Assembly (NCBI GenBank): GCA_965231045.1
Contig: OZ246406.1
Coordinates: 706,208 to 770,207, forward strand
Source: an uncultured Candidatus Saccharibacteria bacterium
GTDB taxonomy: Bacteria; Patescibacteriota; Saccharimonadia; Saccharimonadales; JAGQNJ01
Direction: 5' to 3'
DNA length: 64,000 bases
Part shown: positions 35,430 through 44,335 of the stretch, piece by piece
Layout of the letters: every line of letters begins with the position of its first letter
Position numbering within the stretch: position 1 is the stretch's first letter
Notes under the pieces: model-generated
What the model saw: only the letters and a program-made list of their open reading frames with translations
The model's database searches: none
What the model was told of the DNA's origin: nothing
Position numbers and translations under genes: made by a program

Positions 35430-36248
35430 ATGAGTGTGCCTACGGTAAAACTTAATGATGGTAATGAAATACCGCAGTTAGGGCTTGGGCTTTGGCTGAA
35501 TAAAAACCGCCAAGAGTGTGTTCAAACTGTAGAGCAGGCACTAGAGCTTGGTTATAGACATTTTGATACAGCCCAAATTTATGGCAACGAAGAATTTTTA
35601 GGTAGTGCATTGGCACGCAGCAAAGTTCTCAGAAAAGACCTGTTTATTACTACTAAAATTTGGAATGACAATTTTTGGTGGGATGATTTAATACCTAGCT
35701 TTGAAGAATCGCTTGATAAGTTACGTATGAAGCATGTCGATTTGCTTTTGTTGCATTTCCCGGTAACCGAAACGCGCCGTCCGGCTTGGCGAAAAATGGA
35801 AGAACTCAAGCGTGATGGTCGAGCAAAATCAATTGGCGTCAGCAACTACACAGTTAAGCATCTCGAGGAGCTGCTAAAGGAGTGTGAAATTAAGCCGGCT
35901 GTTAATCAGGTTGAGCTGCATGTATATCTTCAACAACCTGAGCTTGTAAAATACTGCCAAAAGCAGGGGATCGTCCTCGAGGCATATTCGCCGTTGGCGC
36001 ATGGATACGGTATTAATAACCCTGTGCTTGAAGCAGTTGGCAAAAAGTATGGCAAATCAGCTGCACAAGTTATGATTCGTTGGTGCATAGATAATGGCTT
36101 TGTGGTGCTACCCAAAACAACGCACGAAAAACGTCTAAAAGAAAACTTTGATGTATTTGATTTCAAACTTGATGCAACAGACATAAAACAGCTCAAAAAA
36201 CTCGAGAAAAATTATCGTACCTGTTGGGACCCAACTCATGTCGCATAA
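35430..36248 (+). CDS. aldo/keto reductase
   Basis: GYRHFDTAQIYGNE, LLLLHFP, SIGVSNY and LEAYSPL, the 2,5-diketo-D-gluconate reductase-like pattern. Confidence 0.9.
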   Translation: MSVPTVKLNDGNEIPQLGLGLWLNKNRQECVQTVEQALELGYRHFDTAQIYGNEEFLGSALARSKVLRKDLFITTKIWNDNFWWDDLIPSFEESLDKLRMKHVDLLLLHFPVTETRRPAWRKMEELKRDGRAKSIGVSNYTVKHLEELLKECEIKPAVNQVELHVYLQQPELVKYCQKQGIVLEAYSPLAHGYGINNPVLEAVGKKYGKSAAQVMIRWCIDNGFVVLPKTTHEKRLKENFDVFDFKLDATDIKQLKKLEKNYRTCWDPTHVA

Positions 36249-36801
36249 GAAGGTTTTAGTTGTAACTGGTAATAAAAGGAAGATTTGGCAGGCTGAAACT
36301 TGCTTAAATCCATTCAGTATTTCTGTTGAGCAAATTGATATCGATTTGCCAGAAATCCAGGCACATGACCCAATAGAGATAACATTGTCAAAAGCTCGGG
36401 ATGCTTACGCAAAACTGAAAAAACCACTAGTTGTGTGTGATCATTCCTGGGCCATAACAGCACTAAATGGTTTTCCAGGCGGATACATGAAAGATGTTAA
36501 CCTTTGGTTCACAGCAGAAGATTATTTGGCGCTAATGAAAGACAAAGAAGATAGAAGTATAAAACTCACTGAAACAGTTGTTTATAAGGATGGTAATCAA
36601 GAAGAAGTATTTTCTGTAGACTTTCCAGCCAAAATTATTCGTGAAAAGAGGGGTAAGGGGGCTCAGCCAAGTGAGCAGGTAGTAGTATTTGAAGGTACAG
36701 ACAAAACTACAGCTGAGCATATTGATGCTGGTGAGCACGCTCGCGATATGAGCAAATCAGCTTGGCAAAAATTTGGTGAATGGTACAAGGACAAGAAATG
36801 A
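36238..36801 (+). CDS. Ham1/RdgB-like non-canonical purine NTP pyrophosphatase (divergent)
   Basis: VVTGNKRKIWQAE, DLPEIQ and VVCDHSWAITALNGFPGGY parallel the RdgB motifs TGN.GK, E.. and DDSGL...L.G.PG.Y. The C-terminal motifs are divergent. It overlaps the AKR gene by 11 nt. Confidence 0.68.
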   Translation: MSHKKVLVVTGNKRKIWQAETCLNPFSISVEQIDIDLPEIQAHDPIEITLSKARDAYAKLKKPLVVCDHSWAITALNGFPGGYMKDVNLWFTAEDYLALMKDKEDRSIKLTETVVYKDGNQEEVFSVDFPAKIIREKRGKGAQPSEQVVVFEGTDKTTAEHIDAGEHARDMSKSAWQKFGEWYKDKK

Positions 36802-37208
36802 ATGATCAAGATTTTTTGAAGGAAGCAATAAAAGTTGGAAATAAAGTAAAAGCTCCTTATAACTTTGGTGCAGTTGTCGTTAAGGACGGAAAAATTATTG
36901 GTGCTGATCATGCGCATGTTTGGGAAGAAAGCGACCCGGCCGCCCACTCAGAGGTATGTGCTATGCGCAAGGCCGGCAAAAAACTTAAAACATGGCAACT
37001 AGAGGGCTGTGAACTCTATGCTAGCCATGAACCATGTGCAATGTGTTTTGTTTGTGCTGCTTGGGCAGGAATTGATCGAATCGTTTTTGTAACTCCGGCC
37101 TCGGCACAAAGTGATGTAATGTATGAATTTAAAAAACCCGATATTATCAAACTAGCTACTGAGCTTAATAGACCAATGAAGGTTGAACAGGTAGATATTA
37201 ATGAGTAA
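36798..37208 (+). CDS. CDA-fold nucleoside/nucleotide deaminase (TadA/guanine deaminase-like)
   Basis: HSEVCAM (H[AS]E) and EPCAMCFVCAAWAGIDRIVF (PCxxC). ATGA overlap with the upstream gene. Confidence 0.85.
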   Translation: MNDQDFLKEAIKVGNKVKAPYNFGAVVVKDGKIIGADHAHVWEESDPAAHSEVCAMRKAGKKLKTWQLEGCELYASHEPCAMCFVCAAWAGIDRIVFVTPASAQSDVMYEFKKPDIIKLATELNRPMKVEQVDINE

Positions 37209-37734
37209 TTTTATTTTTGTTCGTCATGGTGAAAGCCAGGCAAATGCCCAAAAGCGTATAGCAAAGCCAGATTCACCGCTGACCGAAAAAGGCAAACAAC
37301 AAGCCCAAAAAACAGCCAGTGAACTGATAAATAAAAAAATCACAAAAATTTTGTGTTCACCCTTTTTGCGGGCACAACAAACAGCCGAGATCATAGCTTC
37401 TGAGCTGGGAATTCCTATAGATCACATTCAGGTAATTGATGAATTGCAGGAACGTAGATTCCTAAGTAGGGAGGGTAAGCCTAAAGATCATGAATCAGAA
37501 TGGTATTACACGACTGAAGAAGATGATGCCGAACCAAGAATTGATTTATATAACCGCATGAAGACGGCCTTGAGTAAAATCCACGAGGCTTCAGGTGATG
37601 GAACGGTTTTGGTAGTAGGGCATGCTTGCTCAGGATTCTACCTTTTAGAAATTGCTAGTGGCAAAAATCATTTTGATGACTTCAAAGAAGCTAAACAAAT
37701 GGACAATGCCGACTTTATCGAAATGACTTTGTGA
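37201..37734 (+). CDS. histidine phosphatase family protein (phosphoglycerate mutase-like)
   Basis: FIFVRHGESQAN (RHG motif), SPFLRAQQTA and VVGHA. 8-nt overlap with the deaminase gene. Confidence 0.85.
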   Translation: MSNFIFVRHGESQANAQKRIAKPDSPLTEKGKQQAQKTASELINKKITKILCSPFLRAQQTAEIIASELGIPIDHIQVIDELQERRFLSREGKPKDHESEWYYTTEEDDAEPRIDLYNRMKTALSKIHEASGDGTVLVVGHACSGFYLLEIASGKNHFDDFKEAKQMDNADFIEMTL

Positions 37735-37808
37735 TTAAAGTCATTGCATAAATTAACAGAGGTGATAAACTAGAATAAAGTTGAAGTAATCTTGACAGGA
37801 AGTAAATC

Positions 37809-38699
37809 ATGGTATATAATAATGAACACTTTGAGGCCACAGAAGCCCTAAGACAAAAAGCCATGACAAAACCTGACCAACATCTACAACCAACCACTGG
37901 TGCTGAACATCTACTTCAGCAGCCAACTATTGATCCAAACGAATACCTTAGCGAAGTGTTTAAACTTTATCGGGCGGACGAAGCGGACTACCGAGGAACT
38001 CGAAATGAAGAACAACAGTTTATTGCAGAATACGCGTCGGAAGAAGCAGATGAGCATTTTGATAAATTAGTTTTGGGCATTGATGCTCTTAGAAGTGTAG
38101 TTGGTGGTACGCCAAAAGATTTAGCTATTACTGACCAAAAGCCAGAAGACGATGTAAGACTTGGTGATTTCGATGAAGCAGTAACTTTAAGAGAAATGCG
38201 TGATTCTTGGCGACAATTGTGGGTAGGGATGAATGTACTTACGAACCGATTACATCGAGATAACGCAGAATTTAAGCATCGAAGGTATCCAGAAATATTT
38301 GAAATGTCTGCCGACAATAAAGATGTACTAATTGACCAGGTATTTAGTAACTTCCAAGATTTGAACGCACTACGTTTTGGCGCTAAAGGCTCAGGGCTTA
38401 TGCGAACAAAACGAAGGTTTGATGAAGATATGGAGCCTGTTGAGGAACGATTCGACAAGGATAAGGCACAGACTGAGCGACAACTTAATGAGAACGCAGC
38501 TAAGCGACGTTATAGCGCCACATCAAAGAAATCAGGGCATGAAGTTCGTACTGCCGTGCATCCTGCAGGTAAAATGACCCCCGAAGAATTTGTGGGCCTA
38601 AGAAAGCAATATCCAGAAGTTGATATGGATCGTTTTGCATATGATGCAGCTTTCTTAAAAGACATGGCTGCCTTCTACGCCGAACAAGAAAGCCACTAA
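37809..38699 (+). CDS. hypothetical protein
   Basis: 296-aa ORF, charged, with no TM segment and no recognisable motifs. Confidence 0.6.
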   Translation: MVYNNEHFEATEALRQKAMTKPDQHLQPTTGAEHLLQQPTIDPNEYLSEVFKLYRADEADYRGTRNEEQQFIAEYASEEADEHFDKLVLGIDALRSVVGGTPKDLAITDQKPEDDVRLGDFDEAVTLREMRDSWRQLWVGMNVLTNRLHRDNAEFKHRRYPEIFEMSADNKDVLIDQVFSNFQDLNALRFGAKGSGLMRTKRRFDEDMEPVEERFDKDKAQTERQLNENAAKRRYSATSKKSGHEVRTAVHPAGKMTPEEFVGLRKQYPEVDMDRFAYDAAFLKDMAAFYAEQESH

Positions 38700-38736
38700 G
38701 CTTACCGATACCTTGCTTGTAGGGTAGAATTATAGA

Positions 38737-39198
38737 ATGATATACAAGATCCCAGGTGCTGGAGATTTAGAGATCAAAACACTCATTTTAGATTTGAATG
38801 GGACTCTTAGCATTGGTGGTAATATCGTTAATGGAGTTCATGAGAGAATTAGAACTCTTAAAAAAAACGGATTTCATATAGTTTTATTTACAGGAAACAC
38901 TCGTGGTGATGCGGATAATATAGCAGATGAGCTTGGTATAGATTGGATGCAAGCAAAAGGCGCAGAGGATAAACGCAAGCTTGCAGAAAAAATGGATCCA
39001 AAAACTTGTGCATCGATTGGCAATGGCTTAATCGACCTTGAACTTATGCAGACTGTAAAACTACGTATTTTAACTCTTCAAGCAGAAGGTATTCATGTTA
39101 AAACTCTACAAGATTCGGATATCTTAGTTCCAACAATCAACGATGCACTAGATCTTTTTATTGATGAGAATAGAATGATTGCAACTTTAAGGAGGTAA
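38737..39198 (+). CDS. HAD-superfamily hydrolase (COG4087 soluble P-type-ATPase-like)
   Basis: LILDLNGTL (DxD-type motif I variant), LFTGNTRG and IGNGLIDLELM. Confidence 0.7.
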   Translation: MIYKIPGAGDLEIKTLILDLNGTLSIGGNIVNGVHERIRTLKKNGFHIVLFTGNTRGDADNIADELGIDWMQAKGAEDKRKLAEKMDPKTCASIGNGLIDLELMQTVKLRILTLQAEGIHVKTLQDSDILVPTINDALDLFIDENRMIATLRR

Positions 39199-39199
39199 T

Positions 39200-39613
39200 A
39201 TGTCTGAAAAAAAGTTTTTTGTTGGTGTCAAAGGTGTTCTCATTAAAGATAACAAAGTCTTACTGATAAAGGGTAATCAAAAAGTTGAAGGTCGGGATCA
39301 CTGGGAAGTTCCTGGTGGACGGATTGATGACGATGAAACGATCGATGAAGCTTTAGCTCGAGAGTTTAAAGAAGAAGTTAATGGCACAAATTTAGTAAAA
39401 CACGAAATTGTACATGCCCACCGTGTCGAACGTGACATTGCTGAGAACACAAGCTTAATGTTAATTTTCTTCAGAGTTACAGCTGATATCAGTGAAGTCA
39501 TGCTCAGTCACGAGCACGTTGAACATCAGTGGCTGAGTGAGGAAGAAGCAATAAAATTAGCTCACCCGAATGTTGCTATAGCTATAAGCAGGGCATTCGA
39601 CCTACTAGGTTGA
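39200..39613 (+). CDS. Nudix hydrolase
   Basis: Nudix box GGRIDDDETIDEALAREFKEEVNG. It starts 2 nt after the HAD stop. Confidence 0.85.
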   Translation: MSEKKFFVGVKGVLIKDNKVLLIKGNQKVEGRDHWEVPGGRIDDDETIDEALAREFKEEVNGTNLVKHEIVHAHRVERDIAENTSLMLIFFRVTADISEVMLSHEHVEHQWLSEEEAIKLAHPNVAIAISRAFDLLG

Positions 39614-39638
39614 AAAATCAAAGCGTTTATGCTAAAAT
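39610..39638 (+). promoter_or_regulatory. promoter of leaderless ORF 39645
   Basis: TTGAAA (39610-39615), 17 nt, TGcTAAAAT (-10 at 39633-39638). The ATG is 6 nt downstream. Confidence 0.6.
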
Positions 39639-39644
39639 ATACAT

Positions 39645-40208
39645 ATGACACATGATCATGCTGATGAGCTAAGCATTCGCCCAGCCATCACAGAAACACA
39701 AAGAACCGCAGAATTTAAAACCGCCCGCAGTGATTTTATAGATAAATCTCGACAATTATACGAGGCCTATCAACTAGGCATGCTAGATCATTTCGGGAGT
39801 TACAAGTTTGGAAAAACAGAATTTGGCGTACCATCAGTAACCGACAATATTAAGACCGATCCTGATAGCGCTACAAGTAAAGATAGAACTGAACGAACTA
39901 TTGGTTTTGATGAATTGGCTTTTGGCCAATATGAAGAAGGTCAAGACTACGAATTTGGCGGACAAACTGATGTTGTTGCTTCATTTGAGGAAACGACATT
40001 TAATGAAACGACTAGACAATTTGAACGTCTTGGCTGGATTGTTTGGGGCGATGGATCAGTCGATCGTCTTACTAGTGAGGTGCGTGATGGTAAGACATGG
40101 AATGTCAGCCGAAAAACTAACGATACTATGGACCTCCAAGCAGCAAACGACTACTTATCAGGGGTGATTAGAGATACTGTTTCACCGGATCCTATGCCAG
40201 AGTCTTAA
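39645..40208 (+). CDS. hypothetical protein (acidic)
   Basis: 187-aa ORF with a leaderless-type promoter and no recognisable motifs. Confidence 0.6.
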   Translation: MTHDHADELSIRPAITETQRTAEFKTARSDFIDKSRQLYEAYQLGMLDHFGSYKFGKTEFGVPSVTDNIKTDPDSATSKDRTERTIGFDELAFGQYEEGQDYEFGGQTDVVASFEETTFNETTRQFERLGWIVWGDGSVDRLTSEVRDGKTWNVSRKTNDTMDLQAANDYLSGVIRDTVSPDPMPES

Positions 40209-40983
40209 GCAGATCGGCATACATTTTTATTTCGTGCGCGCGCAAATAATCAGCACCGGATTCAATAATTGTCTTGGCAGCTTCTAGATTACGCTCTGGT
40301 GTAAAACGCAGCTGCTGATCTTTTAATGGCTGGCCAGTTTTGGGGTCGCAACTTAGAAAGCGTTTACGGGAATGACCAAGCATAATTGGCCCATCAATAT
40401 AGCGTTTAAACTCTAAAAGCTCCCAGTTGAGCCGCATTGTTTTTCCAAAACCAATGCCCGGATCAAGAATAATTTTCTCTGGTTTTACACCAGAATTTAT
40501 CATTTCCTGACGTTTTTGCTTGAGCTCACTTACAACAGTTTGCACATCATCAATTTTATAAGTGTGAACCTCTTTGACGGTTTTTGCGGATAGGGGGGCA
40601 TGGCTTACGATGCAGGTGGCGTTATAGTCAACGGCAACTTTAATCATAGCTGGGTCTCTGAATGTCATAACATCGTTGATCCAAATGTCCCCAATTTTAA
40701 GGGCGCGTTCAGCCGTTTCAGCGTGATAGGTATCGATAGAAAGTCTATTTGGGTATTCATTCAGAAGTACCGGTAGTACCATTTCTAGGCGCCTCCATTC
40801 TTCGTTAGGAGTGAGTGGATCAGCCCAAGGGTTTGTGGCTTCAGCTCCCACGTCTACGACATCAGCACCGTCGGCAAATAGTTCATGAGCCCTGGCCAAA
40901 GCCGCCTTAGGCTCCAGGAATAATCCACCATCACTAAAACTATCTGGAGTGATGTTTAAAATTGCCACAAGTTTTGTGCTCAT
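40192..40983 (-). CDS. folP: dihydropteroate synthase
   Basis: AILNITPDSFSDGG, DVGAEATNP and ILDPGIGFGK. I chose ATG 40983, 6 nt after TATACT (40995-40990). The track start at 41001 is also possible. Confidence 0.92.
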   Translation of the reverse strand: MSTKLVAILNITPDSFSDGGLFLEPKAALARAHELFADGADVVDVGAEATNPWADPLTPNEEWRRLEMVLPVLLNEYPNRLSIDTYHAETAERALKIGDIWINDVMTFRDPAMIKVAVDYNATCIVSHAPLSAKTVKEVHTYKIDDVQTVVSELKQKRQEMINSGVKPEKIILDPGIGFGKTMRLNWELLEFKRYIDGPIMLGHSRKRFLSCDPKTGQPLKDQQLRFTPERNLEAAKTIIESGADYLRAHEIKMYADLLKTLA

Positions 40984-41047
40984 CCTATGAGTATAGTTCA
41001 TCTAACTATAGTTGAGTAATATTCTATAAACCCGCTACAATATCACA

Positions 41048-41626
41048 ATGACCAAAGCTATTATATTTGACTGCTTTGGAGTTCTGACGGCAGATACATG
41101 GCATGAATTCACAATGTCATTGCCAGCTGATCAAGCAGCTCAGGCACGATCCCTCAACAGGGCATACGACTCCGGCATTATATCCTTGCAGGATTTTTTG
41201 ACTGGCGTACAAGATGTCACGGGCAAAAAACCAAAACTTGTCGAGGAAATGCTTGATAAAGAGACATCCAAAAATACAGCGCTACTTTCATACATCGCGT
41301 ATTTAAAAAATAACTACAAGATAAGTCTATTAAGCAATATTGGTACAAATTGGATTAGAGAATCATTTTTAAGCCCTGATGAACAAGCCTTATTTGATGA
41401 TATCGTTTTATCCTTCGAAGTAGGAATGACTAAGCCAGACCCAGCAATTTATGAACTTGCCTGTAAGCGTATTGGCGTGAAGCTCGACGAAACTATTATT
41501 ATTGATGATATTGAGCGAAACTGCGAAGTTGCAAAATCAATGGGCATGAAGGCTATTCAGTATCAAGATTTTATGAGCATGAAAACTCAACTAGAGAATA
41601 TATTAACGGCTGATTCTAATAATTAG
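41048..41626 (+). CDS. HAD-IA family hydrolase
   Basis: AIIFDCFGVLT (motif I), LLSNIG and IIIDDIERN. Confidence 0.85.
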   Translation: MTKAIIFDCFGVLTADTWHEFTMSLPADQAAQARSLNRAYDSGIISLQDFLTGVQDVTGKKPKLVEEMLDKETSKNTALLSYIAYLKNNYKISLLSNIGTNWIRESFLSPDEQALFDDIVLSFEVGMTKPDPAIYELACKRIGVKLDETIIIDDIERNCEVAKSMGMKAIQYQDFMSMKTQLENILTADSNN

Positions 41627-41848
41627 TTTATATTTTGGACCACAATTTTCTTGGAGCTCGTGAAGTTTAAGTCGTAGGGCACCAGCGGCTGAAGACCCAG
41701 GGATACTAATTATTAGGTTGTTGCTTCTAATCGTTAACTTGGGAGTTATGTTACATTCTTTAACCACGAAGCGTTTTATGGTGTCAAACTCCTGTGGTTC
41801 ATTTTTCTTGGCTTTGCCACCTAGAATATCTTTTAGAGAATCTGTCAT
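41603..41848 (-). CDS. small protein, possibly DUF721/DciA-like
   Basis: 81 aa. The ITPKLTIRSNNLIISIPGSSAAGALRLKLHELQ pattern resembles DUF721, from memory. Weak call. Confidence 0.35.
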   Translation of the reverse strand: MTDSLKDILGGKAKKNEPQEFDTIKRFVVKECNITPKLTIRSNNLIISIPGSSAAGALRLKLHELQENCGPKYKLIIRISR

Positions 41849-41978
41849 GGATATATTATAACGTGATAAAAATCACAGTTTTAATGGTTGTACTTATTGC
41901 AACACAGGTCTATAGTGAAATTACAGGCTTATAACAAAAACCTGTCTCCTAAAAAAGATAAATACAAAAGGAGCTGCT

Positions 41979-42302
41979 ATGACACTAGGACAAAAACAAT
42001 CACACATTGTCGCCTATGCATCGCTGTCTCCTATGGAAGTTGAGGTCACCTTACCGATAATCGAAAGTATTGTTGAAGATCGACAAGCAACTGATGATCA
42101 ATACAGTAGTAGTAGAGTTGAAGGGGAAGCCCTAGTGGGCGTTTTAGTCGCTAGTACTTTGATGCATAAGGATCTCGAATTGATTGGTCCTGATGCTGAA
42201 GAAGTTGCTCGACTTGTTTTTAATGGTTTACATAATTTGATTACCAGTTCAGCAGCACCAGATACTCAAGATTATCATCCTCATGTACTAGCAGCTGCAT
42301 AA
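41979..42302 (+). CDS. hypothetical protein
   Basis: 107-aa ORF with SD AAGGAG 5 nt upstream. Confidence 0.5.
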   Translation: MTLGQKQSHIVAYASLSPMEVEVTLPIIESIVEDRQATDDQYSSSRVEGEALVGVLVASTLMHKDLELIGPDAEEVARLVFNGLHNLITSSAAPDTQDYHPHVLAAA

Positions 42303-42320
42303 GACTGTTACAATACTTTT

Positions 42321-43208
42321 ATGCCGGAGTTGCCAGAGGTTGAGACTGTTCGTGTTGGGTTGGCAGAGCTATTGCCTGGGAAAGTTGTTAAGTCAGTACA
42401 ACATGACTGGCCAAAAAGCTTCCCAAATGCCACAGCTGACGTTGATAACTTTTTGATTGGTGCGAAAATAGCTGAGGTAAAACGTCGAGCAAAAGTGCTT
42501 ATTATTGAACTAGATAGCAACTATAGTTTGATAGTTCACTTAAAAATGACTGGTCAGTTGGTGTTCCGATCGGACGATAACAAAAAACGTTTCGGGGCTG
42601 GGCACCCTAATGATAGTTTAATCAATAAGCTCCCAGATAAATCTACTCGGGTAATTATTAACTTTGGTGACAGCAAATTGTTCTTCAATGACCAACGAAA
42701 GTTTGGATGGATGAGGCTTGTGCCAACAGCTGAAATCCCCAACATAGACTTTTTTAAAAAAATAGGCCCTGAGCCGTTAGCGTCAAACTTTAGAGCGAAA
42801 CAATTTATTGAGCGGTTGAATAAACGGCCAAAGAGCAATATTAAAGCAGTTTTGCTTGACCAAACAATTATCGCTGGCGTTGGAAACATTTATGCCGATG
42901 AATCATTATTCGCGGCCAAAATACATCCAGAAACTCGTGTGCAAGATATACCAACAATAAAACTCAATAAACTTTATAAAGAGTTGATTGCCGTTCTAAA
43001 GCTCAGTATTGCTAAGGGTGGATCTAGTGATCGAAATTATGTTGATGCCAAGGGCAATCGTGGTAGCTACCTAAATTTTGCCAAAGTCTTTCGAAGGGAT
43101 GGTCAACCATGTCCTCGGTGCGGTACTATAATAACCAAGATACGTGTAGCAGGACGGGGAACACATGTTTGCCCACAATGCCAGTCTAAGCCAAAGGGGA
43201 GTACATGA
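42321..43208 (+). CDS. mutM: formamidopyrimidine-DNA glycosylase
   Basis: MPELPEVETV N-terminus, H2TH region, and C-terminal zinc finger CPRCG...CPQCQ. Confidence 0.95.
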   Translation: MPELPEVETVRVGLAELLPGKVVKSVQHDWPKSFPNATADVDNFLIGAKIAEVKRRAKVLIIELDSNYSLIVHLKMTGQLVFRSDDNKKRFGAGHPNDSLINKLPDKSTRVIINFGDSKLFFNDQRKFGWMRLVPTAEIPNIDFFKKIGPEPLASNFRAKQFIERLNKRPKSNIKAVLLDQTIIAGVGNIYADESLFAAKIHPETRVQDIPTIKLNKLYKELIAVLKLSIAKGGSSDRNYVDAKGNRGSYLNFAKVFRRDGQPCPRCGTIITKIRVAGRGTHVCPQCQSKPKGST

Positions 43209-44335
43209 GATATTTGAGCCGGTTTGCAGTGCTTCTTAAGCGACTTGTCGTCATATTTTTCACACTTATAATCATCCTAATTATCTGGGATATTTATCGT
43301 GCTCTTATTCCAAATGTTTGGTATCGTCGTCATCTGGCCTTGAGCCTCATAACATTATGGATATTGTCAGCGTATATTGTTCTGCCAAGAATCCACCGTA
43401 TTTTGTCCCGTATTTATCTGCCAGGCTATTTTGTTGGTCGAACTCGCACAACAGACGGTTTGCTAGGCGACCCAGTTAATCTGGCGCTAAATGGCAGCAA
43501 GGCAGCGTTAGTAAAAGCTATGAAAACGGCAGGTTGGGAACAGGCCGATAAGAGGACCTTTAGAACTAGTGTAAAGATTGTAATGAAAGCAATCATGGGC
43601 AAAAGTTACCCAAATGCTCCAGTTAGTGATTTATATGTTTTTGGTAAGCGGCAAGATCTTGTTTTTCAGATCCAGCATAATGGCAACCCAAGGAAGCGAC
43701 ATCATGTTCGCTTTTGGCGGGTTCCAAGGTCTTGGTATTTACCTGGTGGCTACAAAGTTGATTGGATAGGGGCTGCAACTTTTGATGATGCCGTTGGCAT
43801 ATCGTTATTTACTTGGCAAATTACTCACAGTATTGATGCTAATGTTGATCAAGAACGTGACTTTCTGATCCAAACTCTTCAAGATGCCAATATGCTCAGA
43901 AGCAGTACCAAAATTGAACACTACTTTGTCGGTTATAAGGCTCGCAACGGCGGGGGACATCATATGGTCACTGATGGATCATTGGTAATAGCGGACATCC
44001 TGGGCGAATCCCATGCTAGAGCAGAAAGTACCATGCACCATGCCAACCTTGATAGTATTCAGCAGGAAATTTATAACCTTGCGCGTGCTAGTGCAGGTGA
44101 TATTCATAAACGCGATGCCGACGAGCTTATTAAACAAATGGAAGACGAGCTAGATGATGTTAAGCAAGTCTATCGGCAAAAAAAATCGTCAAAACAAACG
44201 GCCGATGAAACAGTTGATGTACTCATAAAATCCGTACAACTTGTGGGTGCTCTTGGTCATCGTGCCTCGGACATTTATAGAGATAAAATGGATCGAGAGT
44301 GGGACAAAAAGTGGGCCGAGGAGGAGCAAAAATGA
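43205..44335 (+). CDS. membrane protein with LssY-like C-terminal domain
   Basis: N-terminal TM segments. DPVNLALNGSKAALVKAMKTAGWEQADK and RHHVRFWRV resemble the LssY_C family, from memory. Confidence 0.5.
   Translation: MRYLSRFAVLLKRLVVIFFTLIIILIIWDIYRALIPNVWYRRHLALSLITLWILSAYIVLPRIHRILSRIYLPGYFVGRTRTTDGLLGDPVNLALNGSKAALVKAMKTAGWEQADKRTFRTSVKIVMKAIMGKSYPNAPVSDLYVFGKRQDLVFQIQHNGNPRKRHHVRFWRVPRSWYLPGGYKVDWIGAATFDDAVGISLFTWQITHSIDANVDQERDFLIQTLQDANMLRSSTKIEHYFVGYKARNGGGHHMVTDGSLVIADILGESHARAESTMHHANLDSIQQEIYNLARASAGDIHKRDADELIKQMEDELDDVKQVYRQKKSSKQTADETVDVLIKSVQLVGALGHRASDIYRDKMDREWDKKWAEEEQK

Noticed and set aside
36798-36801. Alternative genetic code (UGA recoded as Gly or Trp, as in some candidate-phyla lineages).
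   Set aside because: TGA clearly terminates well-conserved proteins (ITPase-like 36801, MutM 43208, LssY-like 44335, PHP 13461) and forms ATGA start/stop overlaps. No conserved gene needs read-through.
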